Source: Macrostomum lignano
Lineage: Eukaryota
DNA length: 64,000 nt
Assembly: GCA_002269645.1 (NCBI GenBank)
Contig: NIVC01003157.1
Location: 1 to 64,000 of the forward strand
Direction of reading: 5' to 3'
Part shown: positions 62,592 through 64,000 of the stretch, one piece after another
Position numbering within the stretch: position 1 is the stretch's first letter
Layout of the letters: each line of letters begins with the position of its first letter
Translations under genes and position numbers: made by a program
Notes under the pieces: generated by a model
The model's database searches: none
What the model was told of the DNA's origin: nothing
What the model saw: the letters and a program-made list of their open reading frames with translations, nothing else

Positions 62592-64000
62592 CTAAACCCA
62601 ATATCCACCTCCTAAACCTAACCTCCAATGCCCGAACGGTAGACTGTTGATATTGTCATCAAAAATGAATCTCTTGTTATCTGCACCTGACAGTCCAATC
62701 TTCTTTTGCTGAATTGTGTGAATAATATGGTTTTTAGATTGTAGCTTTGAGAACTCATGTGATGTCTTTTTGTTGCAATTCAAGGCGTCTCTGTATTCAG
62801 CTTCATTAATTTCCTTCCTAACTACACGTTTCGGAATTCCCTTTGATTTTTTGATTGGGTCTGACGACTCACATTTTATAAAATAGGACTTTGCTCTCAA
62901 CCCAATGAATTCAGTGATTATATCACCAGCAATCTCGTCCTTCATTTTCCCAATCACTTTCTTGTTAGTGGCGTCAAACACTTGATCACCATTCAGCGTC
63001 CTGCAAGATTCGTCATACTCAGACAAGTCAAACAACTCTTTTTGCTGCAGCATGTCCTGATAAATGTCTTCTGTTTGAATGTCCATAATAAAACTGTCTG
63101 TGTCAGTGTACAAGAGTTTCATTTTATCCTTGTACTGCTGCTTCATGCCATAGAAGAATTGGTACATCAGACGTTTTGATTCGTCGAGAACAGTGACACC
63201 TGTATAGATCGGCTTGCGCAGCGTCACCTTGGTTTTGTAAAATATGATCACACCTAAGTAGCTATTAAAGATATGGAGTTCTTTGAATGTTGGCTTTGAC
63301 ATATTTGCCTGAATAACATCAGGCTCTGATGAGGTAACAAGTTTCAGGTTTGTTCTTTTCCGCTCATTCTCAAGAGTCTTGCCATAGACAGAGTTGTTGG
63401 CCAACTTAAAGAGGTTCTTGTCAAAGTCGTTGGTTGCTTTGGTCCTAAACTGGGTGTTCTTATCAATGTAGGGTTTCATCCACGCTTCCTCTGTAAATGT
63501 AAGAGCCCTGTGAACTTTGGTGACCCTGCAACCAAGTGAGATAAAATACTGAAGCAGTTTGTAATGAATTTTGTAACGTGTCTTGTTGTTTAGATTCTGT
63601 GTTAGCTTCTCTGTATGTTCTTTTTCTGTTCCTGACAGGTGCCAAGTTCCATTATTATCATTGGGAGTTTCGATTATTTTCGGGCACTTGATGTTCTCTG
63701 GGAAGGGTGGAAAGTCAGAGAAATAGTCGTGAAGCTCTGGTGGAATGTAAACATCAACCTCATAAATGGCAGCCAATGAAAAGTCCCATTTGAATTCTGT
63801 TACGAGTAGCCATCGAAAATCTCTAACTGGAAGATCTTGACTCATCGCCCACCCGTAGAGATTATTAGCGTCCAAGTAAGTAATGTAGTTTGAGGGCTGC
63901 TCCTTATTGTAAGATTCAATGTAGGGATTGTTTGCTTTTGCATACCTGTTAGCGCAAATTGAGATTCCCCCTCGTTTTGACGATTCGACAAAATTGTACA
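62592..64000 (-). CDS. Protein-primed family B DNA polymerase (pPolB), C-terminal part; continues beyond the window
   Basis: YLDANNLYGWAMS (motif A), KLANNSVYGKT (motif B), LLYTDTDSF (motif C). The upstream RGGIS motif is broken by one missing G near 63970. Confidence 0.95.
   Translation of the reverse strand, partial: YNFVESSKRGGISICANRYAKANNPYIESYNKEQPSNYITYLDANNLYGWAMSQDLPVRDFRWLLVTEFKWDFSLAAIYEVDVYIPPELHDYFSDFPPFPENIKCPKIIETPNDNNGTWHLSGTEKEHTEKLTQNLNNKTRYKIHYKLLQYFISLGCRVTKVHRALTFTEEAWMKPYIDKNTQFRTKATNDFDKNLFKLANNSVYGKTLENERKRTNLKLVTSSEPDVIQANMSKPTFKELHIFNSYLGVIIFYKTKVTLRKPIYTGVTVLDESKRLMYQFFYGMKQQYKDKMKLLYTDTDSFIMDIQTEDIYQDMLQQKELFDLSEYDESCRTLNGDQVFDATNKKVIGKMKDEIAGDIITEFIGLRAKSYFIKCESSDPIKKSKGIPKRVVRKEINEAEYRDALNCNKKTSHEFSKLQSKNHIIHTIQQKKIGLSGADNKRFIFDDNINSLPFGHWRLGLGGGYWV

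Larger units (their letters stand above)
58575..64000. mobile_element. Polinton/Maverick (adintovirus-like) element, partial
   Basis: Compact, intronless cluster of pPolB, adenain-like protease, A32-like ATPase and conserved Polinton-type small ORFs. No integrase, capsid gene or TIR is visible in the window. Confidence 0.92.

Overview
This is animal (metazoan) genomic DNA with spliceosomal introns and very dense minisatellites. It is probably a flatworm such as Macrostomum; that assignment is an inference from gene content and repeat style. Host genes reconstructed by hand with phase-consistent GT-AG introns: a 5' fragment of a DBH/TBH-like monooxygenase (-), a DLGAP5/HURP/Mars-like GKAP-domain protein (+), VMA21 (+), a 7-repeat delta-type protocadherin (+), an orphan 4-exon gene (+) and a 9-finger zinc-finger gene (-). 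Mobile DNA includes CORE-type SINEs, RTE remnants, several MITE/foldback elements and a 5'-truncated RT-RNase H non-LTR element. After an assembly gap (57640-58574) lies about 5.4 kb of a Polinton/Maverick (adintovirus-like) element. It carries pPolB, an adenain-like protease, an A32-like ATPase, GxG-motif proteins, a membrane protein and a coiled-coil ORF. Many of its reading-frame breaks are single-base indels in homopolymer runs, so it may be intact in vivo. Its plus-strand genes share an unusual T-rich/AG/ATG start architecture, including two 16-nt TAA-to-ATG spacers. All family assignments come from motif recognition; no database searches were run.
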